A stretch of 62,048 nucleotides of DNA, counting the filler, from Sphacelaria rigidula (lineage: Eukaryota): assembly GCA_964200075.2 (NCBI GenBank). It is 11 parts of 11 records of this genome, joined end to end, with 100 filler letters (N's around TTAATTAATTAA, not from the genome) between each part and the next. Parts side by side here need not be neighbours in the genome. Positions count along the whole stretch, not along the records: positions 50,851 to 56,399 come from CAXNAA020026414.1; positions 56,500 to 62,048 come from CAXNAA020026415.1; 9 more parts are not named here. One strand, 5' to 3'. Positions 52,557 to 62,048 of the stretch are shown one piece after another. The translations under genes and the position numbers were made by a program. Under the pieces are notes generated by a model. It worked only from the letters and a program-made list of their open reading frames with translations. It searched no databases and had not been told where the DNA came from. Within the stretch, counting starts at the first letter, position 1. Every line of letters begins with the position of its first letter.

Positions 52557-54027
52557 CACACGTGGATGAATAGCACCCTGTGGGGCACGTCTACAGGGTT
52601 CAGGGAAACTGTGCAGTATATCTCGCGGGGATCTGGCTGAAGTTTGTTTTTTGCGCCCCACAGGACGCTTCACAGGGTTCAGGGAAACTGGGCAGGGTTT
52701 CTCACGGGGATTTGACTGTAGGGTATTATTTTGTGCTACAAAGGGCGCTTCACAGGGTTTCGTCACAACGTGTAGAATTCATCGCTGCTAATATGCCGTG
52801 CAGCCTTTGTAGCACGCATACAATATACTCCATACAGCATGGGCATGGTACTGGGAGAAAAAGACCGGTCGAGAAGTAGCAGGGGGGGGATTAAACTCAC
52901 GCCTGTGTGCACGGGATATCAACAGGTTGCCTATTGAGCTACCTACTTTGTTGCCTACAACAAAATAATTTTGTGCTTCTAATGACTATCATACAAAAAC
53001 CTCTCTAAACAAAAGCATGCTCGGTTGAGTCATTTTGGTAGACCGCGGACCACGGGGTTTTCAAAAGCAGTATGCATTCATATGCAAGGTATATTCCGTC
53101 ATCCAGTCATCCACGTCTTAAGCAAAAGTGTCGTAATTAAACTCGTCGGCGTGTGGACATACACTCGATCGTAATCAGTATATCGGATCTCGATTCAGCA
53201 AAAGCTGTTGAGAATTTTTCATCCTTTAACCCATGTGCATGGACCGGGGGGCAAAAGGATGAATTACTGTCAACGATTTTTTCTGCTTGTCGGATCCCAT
53301 ATGCTGATGACGGTGCAGTGTGCGGGATATGCCCAGCCGACGCTGTTCGCAATAAATCTCTTTTTGCCCAATTTCCGGATGAATTGGAGGGCAACGTGAA
53401 GATTTATTTCGAGCTTCTTCTGCTGTTCGGATTCCAAATCTGCCAGTGTGCATGGGATTTGCGCAGCAGAAGAAGCTGTTCGAAATAGATCATTAGAAGA
53501 ACGAAATTATTTCGTTGTAGGCAACAAAATAGGTAGCTCAGTAGGCAACCTGTTGATATCCCGCGCACACAGGCGTGAGTTTAATTCCCTCCGCTGCTAC
53601 TTCTCGACCGGTCTTTTTCTCCCAGTACCATGCCCATGCTGTATGGAGTATATTGTATGCGTGCTACAAAAGCTGCACAGCGTATTAACCCTCAGACCGC
53701 GAGATTAGTCTTTCTGGATCATGCATATGCATACTTTTTTTCACTTGAAGTTGGTGCCGATTCAACAGAAGACTAACCTCGCGGTCTAAGGGTTAACAGC
53801 GATGAATTCTACACGTAGTGACGAAACCCTGTGAAGCGCCCTGTGTGGCACAAAATAATACCCTACAGTCAAATCCCCGCCAGAAACCCTGCCCAGTTTC
53901 CCTGAACCCTGTGAAGCGTCCTGTGGGGCGCAAAAAACAAACTTCAGCCAGATCCCCGCGAGTTATACTGCACAGTTTCCCTGAACCCTGTAGACGTGCC
54001 CCACGGGGTGCTATTCGTCCACGTGTG
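52557..54027. mobile_element. Non-autonomous DNA transposon with ~430-bp TIRs carrying subterminal repeats
   Basis: CACACGTGGA...TCCACGTGTG ends; 52557-~52986 mirrors ~53488-54027; repeated ACAGGGTT blocks within the arms. Confidence 0.9.
53689..53792. mobile_element. piggyBac-type MITE (104 bp) with TTAA TSD
   Basis: TTAA|CCCTCAGACCGCGAGATTAGTCTT...AAGACTAACCTCGCGGTCTAAGGG|TTAA; absent from the opposite arm of the host element. Confidence 0.93.
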
Positions 54028-54034
54028 TACCCCC

Positions 54035-54325
54035 GGTACTTACCGGGGTATCCCATACCGTGGTATGCGTAGATACCGTAGGCATGACATTTGAAAATAC
54101 CGGGTTGGGCGGGTACGGTAGGTATTGACATTTCGAAACACCCTGGTATCGTAGATATCGTAGGTATGACATTTGAAAGTACCGGATTTGGCACGTACGG
54201 TAGGTATTGAAGTCTCGAAATACCGTGGTATCATAGGTATCGTAGGTATGGCGAATACCGGATTGGGTCGGTATCGGTAGGGTATGAGATGCCCCAAATA
54301 CCGGTACCGGGTACCTACCTTACCC
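54035..54325. repeat. GGTAT/ATACC-rich tandemly repetitive element
   Basis: Recurring gtagata.cgtagg.atgacatttgaaa.taccgg...gtacggtaggtattga units. Confidence 0.7.
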
Positions 54326-54768
54326 ACGGTGCCTGTGCAATATTGTAGCTCAGTTCATGTCTGTGCACGCAGCGTGTTGCGAACAGCCGTCGCAATGCTT
54401 TACAGGCTGCCGAGGCACCCAAGCCTCGTAGAGACAGGACCGTACTGACAGTACACACAAGACTACGAGATAGGTGGTGCTACTACTACTGTAGTACATC
54501 CAACGCATACAACACAACAGTGGTGTCTGTACTGTTGCCCGTGCTGTCATTTCCGTCAAGTACTACCGTGCAGTGAAAAAGCACAACCGTCACTCCTACA
54601 GTCAGTTGGTACAGCAAGGCGGTGTTCTTATGGACGGTCTTGCGTCACGCAGCCCACAATGTATCCCTCAGGCAATATATCACAGTAGTACTGGCCGTAC
54701 ACGACTACAGGACAGCAGAGTGCTGCGTCTCTCTCGTGCACCCCAGAATTTGAAATTATGCCTGCACA

Positions 54769-54798
54769 CCCTAACCCTAACCCTAACCCTAACCCTAA
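54769..54798 (+). repeat. Interstitial telomere-type (CCCTAA)5
   Basis: Five exact units. Confidence 0.9.
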
Positions 54799-54919
54799 CG
54801 TCATAAAAAACGATCAACACTGCGTTTTCAATGTCGATAGTGCGTCGATCACGTAAGGAGGGCTACTTTGAAAATTTCTGTTCAAAAACATGTCGAAAAA
54901 GGGCTTTTCTGATGATGTG

Positions 54920-55433
54920 TTTTTCGATACATTAAAAGTAGCCTTAGGCTACTTCTTATGTATCGAAAAACAAATATTGTTGAAAAGTGCATTTTTTTTG
55001 ACCCTTCTTCATCGTTTCTCGCCAGAAAAGAGGGCCAGACGGATGTTGACACCTTCGGATGTCTTGCTGTGCTCGTTGAGATCGTTCCAGAGCGCCTTTG
55101 CGTTTTCCGTAGGTCACGATTTCGTTTTTGACCAACCTTGCATTTTTATTAAGAAGGGGTCAAGTTATAAAAAAACAGGGGGAAAACTGCCATGTTTTTG
55201 ATAACTTGACCGTTTGTTAATGAAAATGCAAGTTTGGTCAAAAACAAAGCTGTGACTTGCGGGAGACGCGAAGGTGCCCTAAATTGGTCTCAACGAGCAC
55301 AGCAAGTCATTCCAAAGTACCCCGGCCCTCTTTTCGGGTGAAAAACGATAAAGAAGGGTCAAAAATGCACTTTTCAACACGATTCATTTTTCGATACATA
55401 AGTAGCCCTAGGCTACTATTGATGTATCGAAAA
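54920..55433. repeat. Large imperfect palindrome with hairpin-forming ends
   Basis: Arms mirror around ~55185 (for example cttgctgtgctcgttgaga / tctcaacgagcacagcaag); each end is itself palindromic (tttcgatacat...gtagcc.taggctac...atgtatcgaaa). Confidence 0.85.
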
Positions 55434-57023
55434 GTAAAGCTTGTTAAAAAGTTCATTTTTGGCCCTTCTCCGTCGTTTCCCCCCCGGAAAGAGGGCCAAG
55501 CGGCTGTTGACACAGTAGGATGGAAACCTTAGTTTGCCAGTAGTACAACGGCTGTACTAATGATGATGTGGGCAACGTGCAGTACAGACAGAACTAAGCA
55601 GTACAATACTGCCTGTTGTGCCTGCAGCATACGGCAGTATACATGCGGACATGTCAGGTTGGAGACGGTAATATACAACGGCTGCACTAGAATTGATGTG
55701 GAGAAGTGCAGTACAGACAGTACTAGACAGTAGTACAATACTTTAGTCTGTACTGCCGCGCACATAATATGGCAGTTTAGGTTGAAGATGGCAGGTTGCA
55801 CACCGTGCGAGCTGGGCCAGCAGCGATCGGGGGAGGTCTACGTTTCAGGTATTTTTGCATAAATACAGGGAGCTTGGCATGGCAAGTCTTCAGGTCTTTG
55901 TACCTCGCCTTGGCCTGCACATCCCTCCGGTTTCCGCTGACCGTTCTTTTGGTATCCCCTCACCCTTTTGGTACCCACCCCCCTCAAAATATATCTTCAA
56001 CCGTAAGCTAGGGTCAACATCTCTCATAGTTTTTTCCTAGCGGTATTTTTTCCTCATAATATATTGCGAAAAACGAGGGAAAATAACCGACCGGAAGAAA
56101 CGGCCTAATAGGCCATGATTACAACCATCTTCAAAATTAACGACGACGATCGAAATTACGACTTACAAGGTTGGAATTTTTGTTTTCCACCGAACAATTT
56201 CGATCGAAAACTTATGTGCTACAAGCTGGGCAGCCGAGAAGCGATTCTGCAGTTTGCAGGCCCATTATACGGCCAATACTTGGAGCCGGACCCTGAAATT
56301 TGGTATGGACAATTGAGTAGGGCATAATAAAAAAAAATGCTGGCGTACACAAGGTTTTTTTTCTTTTTCATGAGTTAGGCCGCTTCCTATAGTAGCACAN
56401 NNNNNNNNNNNNNNNNNNNNNNNNNNNNNNNNNNNNNNNNNNNTTAATTAATTAANNNNNNNNNNNNNNNNNNNNNNNNNNNNNNNNNNNNNNNNNNNNA
56501 TCATGATTACACCCCCCCCACCCACCCCTCCAAAGCAGCCTCAAACCTGTCACGGAGAAAGTGACCATGCAGTGCATGATAGCTGGTTTGAGGCTGCATG
56601 AAGCGCTTCATATGGGCGACATTGGCAAAAGCGATCCCGAGCGTGGGTTCCCAGTTTCTCGGTGTGCTCAGCTGTGCCATTTTGATTCACTCTAAGACTT
56701 TGCCCCTTCGAACCACCCATTTTTGCGGGAAGGAGGGAGGGGGGGGGGGTTATTGCGGCATGCATAACTTACGAATAGGCTAAGAAGGCTCATTAGGCAA
56801 GTGCCAATGACCTGTGGTTTCGATCGGGACAAGAAGAAGTAAAGACGGCAGCAACCAGAGTAGGTTGAAGCCCTCTTCACACCCTTGAAACAGGTGAGCG
56901 ACGGCACCAAAATCCAAACCGTGGGTCAGAATGATGAATAATATATCTCTGAACACAACAATAGCCCGTTCCGACCACCGTGGAAGATGTCGACGTTGTT
57001 CATCTCATCATCTTGTTTTCCAG

Positions 57024-57149
57024 ATACTGACGAGAACGGGCGTGCTGTCGACCACCGGACACAGCACCAACTTCGTCTTCTGGATCGAGATCCCCAGCGA
57101 TAAAGATACCGTCTTCCGGTCAAGTCTTGTCTCAGAGACCAACAAGCAG
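57024..57149 (+). CDS. Axonemal dynein heavy chain, penultimate exon
   Basis: ttttccag|ILTRTGVLSTTGHSTNFVFWIEIPSDKDTVFRSSLVSETNKQ|gtgaac; GxLSTTGHSTNFV is the C-terminal signature of single-headed inner-arm DHCs. Confidence 0.92.
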
Positions 57150-58381
57150 GTGAACTCCCACAGAAGCGCTTTCGCCATGAGCTCTTCAGAGTCAGCGCTG
57201 AGCTCAATGGTCCAATAAGGCGTATTCCTTACTATGTGCCTCTTGGCGAACCGTATTTTTTTCTTTTCAAGACCAAGTTGAGCACCGCTAAGGTGCTGAA
57301 AGTGCTCCAATCTCGCCTGTTCTCATCGGAGAAAAGCGACACGTGGTGTGCATGAACTGGAACACTTCGACGGGATGATTCCAACGACACAGGCTACCAG
57401 TACCAGGATCGCCACAGTAGCGCAGAAATTTTCGACAAAATCAACGCCGAGGTGCAGGTCACAGGAGGGGGTGTAGATTTGGTCGCAGTCTGTACTGCCG
57501 CGCTCACATGAGTCATACTCACAGTACGCTGAATCGTACTTTTAATTGTCTGATGTTCATCCGCTCAAAAACATATACCTGTAGCAGTCACGATCTCCTA
57601 AAAATATTGTGGGTTACGCTGAACGTGAAGCCTGTGTTCCCCAACACTAACCCTAACCCTGTGCCCAACTCACGGTGCTGCGTCGTGCTACCACAGAGTT
57701 TGCTTTTTTGGCCTGGAATATTCCTCATTCAGGGGGTCCTAAACTTGGGAACTACGCAAGAATATGGGTCAGGACATTCCCGTTTTAAAATTCGATCTGG
57801 ATATCCAGGGTTCACTGGAATCCTGATCCTGGCTGGTGTGCTCTCTCGTATTTCACAAGTCGTTTGTTGGATGAACTCGAGGGCTCCTTACCATTCCTCA
57901 GCCCAGAAAGTATTGTGTGTGCACCGCAATCATATAGTGCCACTCTGCTGCTGTGATGAATGCCCACACCACACACTCCGTAGCAACGATACGGCAGGCA
58001 GACTCATGCATGAGGGCGAATAGCTGGGTGGGCACGATTGGTAGATGCTTGAGAGCAATAATAAACCACCGTTGTTGCCCCCACGCAGGACTGGCTGGAC
58101 GGTTCCAGCACTGCCCAGGGTCATGGCTCACGGTCGTCAGCTTACAGCAATTTTTTACTTAGATACCCTCAGTTTCAGTGCAAGCGCCAATCGGAAGTTT
58201 GGGTCAACGATCGTCGGCCGTGGCGTTCATCAGACCTTCATTCACGACATTCTGTGTGTCACGAATAACAATTGCGTCATTTCTACTTCTGTTTGTCAGC
58301 ATGCGCTTTACAAAGTGTTCGCCTGGGCTGGGTTGAGTTTTTTTTTCTCCGTCACTTCTGCCACTATTCTCCTCCGTCTAG

Positions 58382-58450
58382 GTGCAATATTGTGATCAGG
58401 ACTACTGGATCAAGGCTGGCGTTGCATGCTTCTGTTCGCTGCGATATTGA
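58382..58450 (+). CDS. Axonemal dynein heavy chain, terminal exon (missed by the ORF track)
   Basis: ccgtctag|VQYCDQDYWIKAGVACFCSLRY*; matches the DHC terminal WIxxGVA motif; phase 0. Confidence 0.9.
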   Translation: MQYCDQDYWIKAGVACFCSLRY

Positions 58451-59974
58451 ACGCCAGCGCAGCAACAATTGCTTGTATCGCAGGTCCCCCTTTTAAGCGG
58501 TCATCGTAAAACCAGGATCCATGGACACCGGAGGAATTCTGCTAATATCTGTGGTGCCCGCATCACATCGAATGTTGCTTACGTTGGATCTATGGCGATG
58601 CCTGTGGTGTGTTTATGTATGCCTTTGTCAGGACCGGCGATGGATGTAATGCTTGTTGCCCGACCCAGGGTATGTGATTGTATGAGAGAAAATTGCTTTG
58701 TGGTGTACATGAGAGAAATTGAGATGGTAGTATATATCGCCAATCCGATACTGCCGCACAAACTTGTAGGGCAAACCCTGCGAATGCTGTTCTTCTAGTG
58801 CAGTTTCCAATGACCGCTCTTCACGACTCAGTCTACTAAACGTTGAGATTTAGAGTTACTCGTGTTTGGATCGGGTGGCGACTGCAACGATGTGCTCCCC
58901 CTCAGGTTGTGTGAAATTACGCCTCTGAGAAAAACGGATATTTTCGTCTCCAGAGAATGATGAGGCACGAAAAAGGCATTCGGTGGAAACGTAGCCTTTA
59001 GACGACTAGCGTTTTGGTTTGAGTCTCCGCCAAACGGGACACACCCGAAAAGCGAACTTATGGGACCGGGGTGTCCAGCCTGGATTTATTATATATTTAC
59101 GGTTATTTCACCAGTTGTGCGTAGTGTGAAAAGCTGGTAGGTATGGTATACAACACCGGCCAACGTGCCTACCGTAGGTATGTTATCCCGTGGGGTCACA
59201 TCATAAGTGTCGTTTTTCATGGGGGCTTTCAGATCTAGTGATCACTTGTTCGCGGAGAGATTTGAATCAGAAACTGTCCGGGCACGCGTACGTCGCCTTG
59301 TGAAAAATCCATGTTTGCGCTCATGCGAATGAATCTAGATGTTCTGTGGCTCATGATCGACGGCGTGTGCAAAGCGCTGAACCGGTATTAGTGTGGATGT
59401 GACTGAGGGACTCGTGAGTTAGTGTAGGTGCCATGACCGGCAGCTGATCACTTCGCTACGTGTCGTATTTGCGATAAACAGTACAATTTACCATTCGGTA
59501 GACGGGTGGTCTACAATCAGTATGCTCATCGTACATCATAGCATAGGCGCAGCAAAACTGCCGAACTGCATGTGGCGAGAGGGAAAGAAATCGCTTTGAA
59601 CCCAGACCCCCACGATCGGTACTCTATACGTCTTCCATGTAAATACATGTGGGCAGCATTGTATCCATTATCCACAACTCATCGATTATTCGCAACCCGA
59701 CTACGGTTTCATGCACTCTTTCCATCCATGCGTCCGCCTCAAGCAACGACCGTCTCGGGGACCCAAGAGTGTGTATTTGTGTTATTTGTACCTCGGTCGG
59801 CCTTCTCCACAGGAGACGAAAATTCATGCTGACAAGTTATGCTACTCACCGAACAATGCCATTTTCTTTCAACTCTGTACATATTATTCTGTACCTATCT
59901 AAAACGGAGGATAAACAACTGCTACCACTAACCACGATTAAGTGTGAGGGGATCCCGCCGGTAAAAACTACTCT

Positions 59975-60121
59975 TCACGCGATTGTGAGGTCGTCGTTGT
60001 AGTAGATATGAATGACTGGCGTGTAACCGTCATCAGTCATTCCCAGCTTCTCAAACTCCACGTCATCATCCACTATTCCGTTTTCCTCCAGAGTTTTCTC
60101 CATATCAGCAGGCACAAACGT
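59975..60121 (-). CDS. CYB5D1: Cytochrome b5 domain-containing protein 1, terminal exon
   Basis: ccacag|TFVPADMEKTLEENGIVDDDVEFEKLGMTDDGYTPVIHIYYNDDLTIA*; DMxKTLEENG and YNDDLT are CYB5D1 C-terminal motifs. Confidence 0.9.
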   Translation of the reverse strand, partial: TFVPADMEKTLEENGIVDDDVEFEKLGMTDDGYTPVIHIYYNDDLTIA

Positions 60122-60514
60122 CTGTGGTCGACAAATCAGCGACCGGTGCGTGCAAGGGAAGTCGCCACAATCAACGCATTTCCGAACGCAAGAACGTTTT
60201 CCTTCGGGCCAGCGTGCATGAACACCTCGTTTCATATAGATCGACGCGGCGAGATTGTTCCCTGGTTGTCCACGAAATACGAACGCACAGTACGCTGCAA
60301 TCGATCGGCCCGACTCGAACGAAAACAGATGAATGCCCGGCAATACCACGGTGAAATCGGTTCGGCGTGAATCATGCTGGATATTTCCCCGCCACTATTT
60401 CCGCTCCTCAGGGGCAGACACTGATGCATCCATTCACAGGACACTTACGTGATACCTTGTTCAATGCATTCGGCACAACGCTGGCTGCTTTCCAGGCTGA
60501 AAATAAATAAACCA

Positions 60515-60946
60515 ACACAGGATTTTACAAATTATGGGAGATGGATATTTTTGAGGATGAAAACCCGGAGAATTCAAATCTCCGTATCCGCACCCAAATC
60601 TTCGAATATCCTTCCATTTCTTTTCTTGCTGGTAGCTGTTGACAACTATCACACACCATACAAATTTTGATCTCGGTGACCGAAATGTCGGGGCCCCAGG
60701 TGTGAAACATTGTTTTGGGGGATTTTAGGTGTCCGATCGGACGCCAGAGTTGGTTTTTCACCTGGTACCCCGACATTTCGGCTATCGAAATCCAAATTTG
60801 TATGGCGTGTAGTAGTTGTTAATAGCTACCAGCGAGTGAGGGAATGGAAGTATACTTCGAAGATTCGGTGTGGATACGGAGATTTCAATTCTCCGGGTTT
60901 TTATCCCCAGTGAAAGATCCATCCCCAATTTGTAAACTCCAGTGTT
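60515..60946. mobile_element. Foldback MITE in the CYB5D1 intron
   Basis: Arms of ~190 bp, for example aaacccggagaatt.aaatctccgtatcc / ggatacggagattt.aattctccgggttt. Confidence 0.85.
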
Positions 60947-61128
60947 AATCGCAGATAAATGGTGGAAGCGTCTTGAGGTCAATTGCAAACGATTGTACTG
61001 CTAGCTAAGGTTTCTGCCATGTACCGTGCCATTGAATGTCCCCTTAAAATATACCAGTAGCGTATTGTTTCTGATCACGCGTGGATCTAGAAGTGGCTTT
61101 ACTGCTGATTAGTTCGATACATACGCAC

Positions 61129-61191
61129 CTCATCTTTCAAGACTTTCCAGGTGTAGCTTGCCGCGTGGGCGTTGTATTCCAGGTAGCGTGC
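61129..61191 (-). CDS. CYB5D1: Cytochrome b5 domain-containing protein 1, penultimate exon (missed by the ORF track)
   Basis: caacag|ARYLEYNAHAASYTWKVLKDE|gtgcgt; the YNxHAASYTWK motif is characteristic; 63 nt, phase 0. Confidence 0.9.
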
Positions 61192-61625
61192 CTGTTGGGC
61201 ATACGGTCAGCAAACACCAATGTGGTCTGTAGGTTAGAGCATATTAGGGGGTTGGATTCAAGGAGTCCAATTGCATGTACCGCAAAAGCAAAAGAGCGAC
61301 GCACAGACAGTCGTCGCACGTTGGCGGGGTCGTACCTCAGGTGGTGGTGTGCGTCAAAGGCGTTCTTTGTGCCTGTGGGTCCACCGGGATTATGTTGTGT
61401 CGTACTCTATTCACACCCACCAAAATGTTTCGCTTCATGTGTTGTCTGTGCAGCAGTCCGTACATTTGAGGGGAACAAATGAGATCCAAGGGCGATGATA
61501 TGTACATCAAATGGCGGTGACTGCTGCGCCTGCTCGAGCCGAGGCGTTTTAAAAAACACTCCCCTCCCCCCCACTGTACACATGACCAACTCACGAATCT
61601 ACCAAATTTCGCGAGCAAGTAGCTA

Positions 61626-61726
61626 GGGGGGGGTGTTCATGTGCCATAGTCATACGATCGTTGCCTCGCATCCCTAAAATGCTAGGACGGAGCACGCCGG
61701 GATTTCGCCAGATCAGGCTCGCACTC
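61626..61726 (-). mobile_element. Non-LTR retrotransposon 3' end fragment ending in poly(C)
   Basis: Reverse complement gagtgcgagcctgatctggcgaaatcccggcgtgctccgtcc...gggatgcgaggcaacgatcgtatgactatggcacatgaaca(C)n. Confidence 0.75.
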
Positions 61727-62048
61727 TCCAAGCGCGAATCGCTGTGACGTCTCGGGCGAGTCGCGTGAGGTTGTTGAATATTTAAATCCCAGAGGGGTGA
61801 AGATTTCCTAGATCAAGTACAAATGTTCTGGATACATTTTGTGCGCGTTTGAGGCCAGGTTGCAGAGGTCGACCATTTTTATTTCTTATTCCTGTTGTCT
61901 TATATATATTTTTTTCATTTCTTAGTCTACTCTGTTGGTATGTCCTGCCTTTTCTGCTTCCTCTTCATTTTTCTTCAGCGCGTGAGCCATCCTACGATAG
62001 GGGGGGGGTATTTTGGGCCATTTGTTGCTCGAAATTTCGAGTCAGATC

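Noticed and set aside
5551..56499. Regularly spaced TTAATTAATTAA motif every 5650 bp
   Set aside because: Artificial spacer embedded in N runs between concatenated contigs; not biological, and gene neighbourhoods across it are not real.

Overview
Eukaryotic, intron-rich and repeat-dense DNA, most consistent with a brown alga or related photosynthetic stramenopile. Evidence for this: an ASAF-type bipartite plastid presequence on UROD, flagellar genes, CCCTAA telomere-type motifs and kb-long GT-AG introns. The window is not one locus. It is 11 unplaced contigs of 5550/5549 bp, apparently length-sorted, joined by artificial 100-nt linkers (N44-TTAATTAATTAA-N44), so synteny across linkers is meaningless. 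Host gene fragments supported by exon/splice reconstruction: plastid uroporphyrinogen decarboxylase exon 1, the last two exons of a TKL-type kinase (DLG for DFG), three exons of RanGAP, and a convergent pair of flagellar genes (3' end of an axonemal dynein heavy chain and 3' end of CYB5D1). The rest is mobile DNA: an internally deleted Ty1/copia element, an internally deleted chromodomain Ty3/gypsy element, a pogo/Fot1-type transposase relic, a tRNA-headed SINE, many foldback/MITE elements (including a piggyBac-type MITE with TTAA TSD whose empty site is visible elsewhere in the window) and microsatellites. The most unusual signal is a non-LTR retrotransposon lineage whose many 3' fragments end directly in poly(C)/C-rich tracts rather than poly(A). 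No CRISPR array, rRNA or prokaryotic system is supportable.
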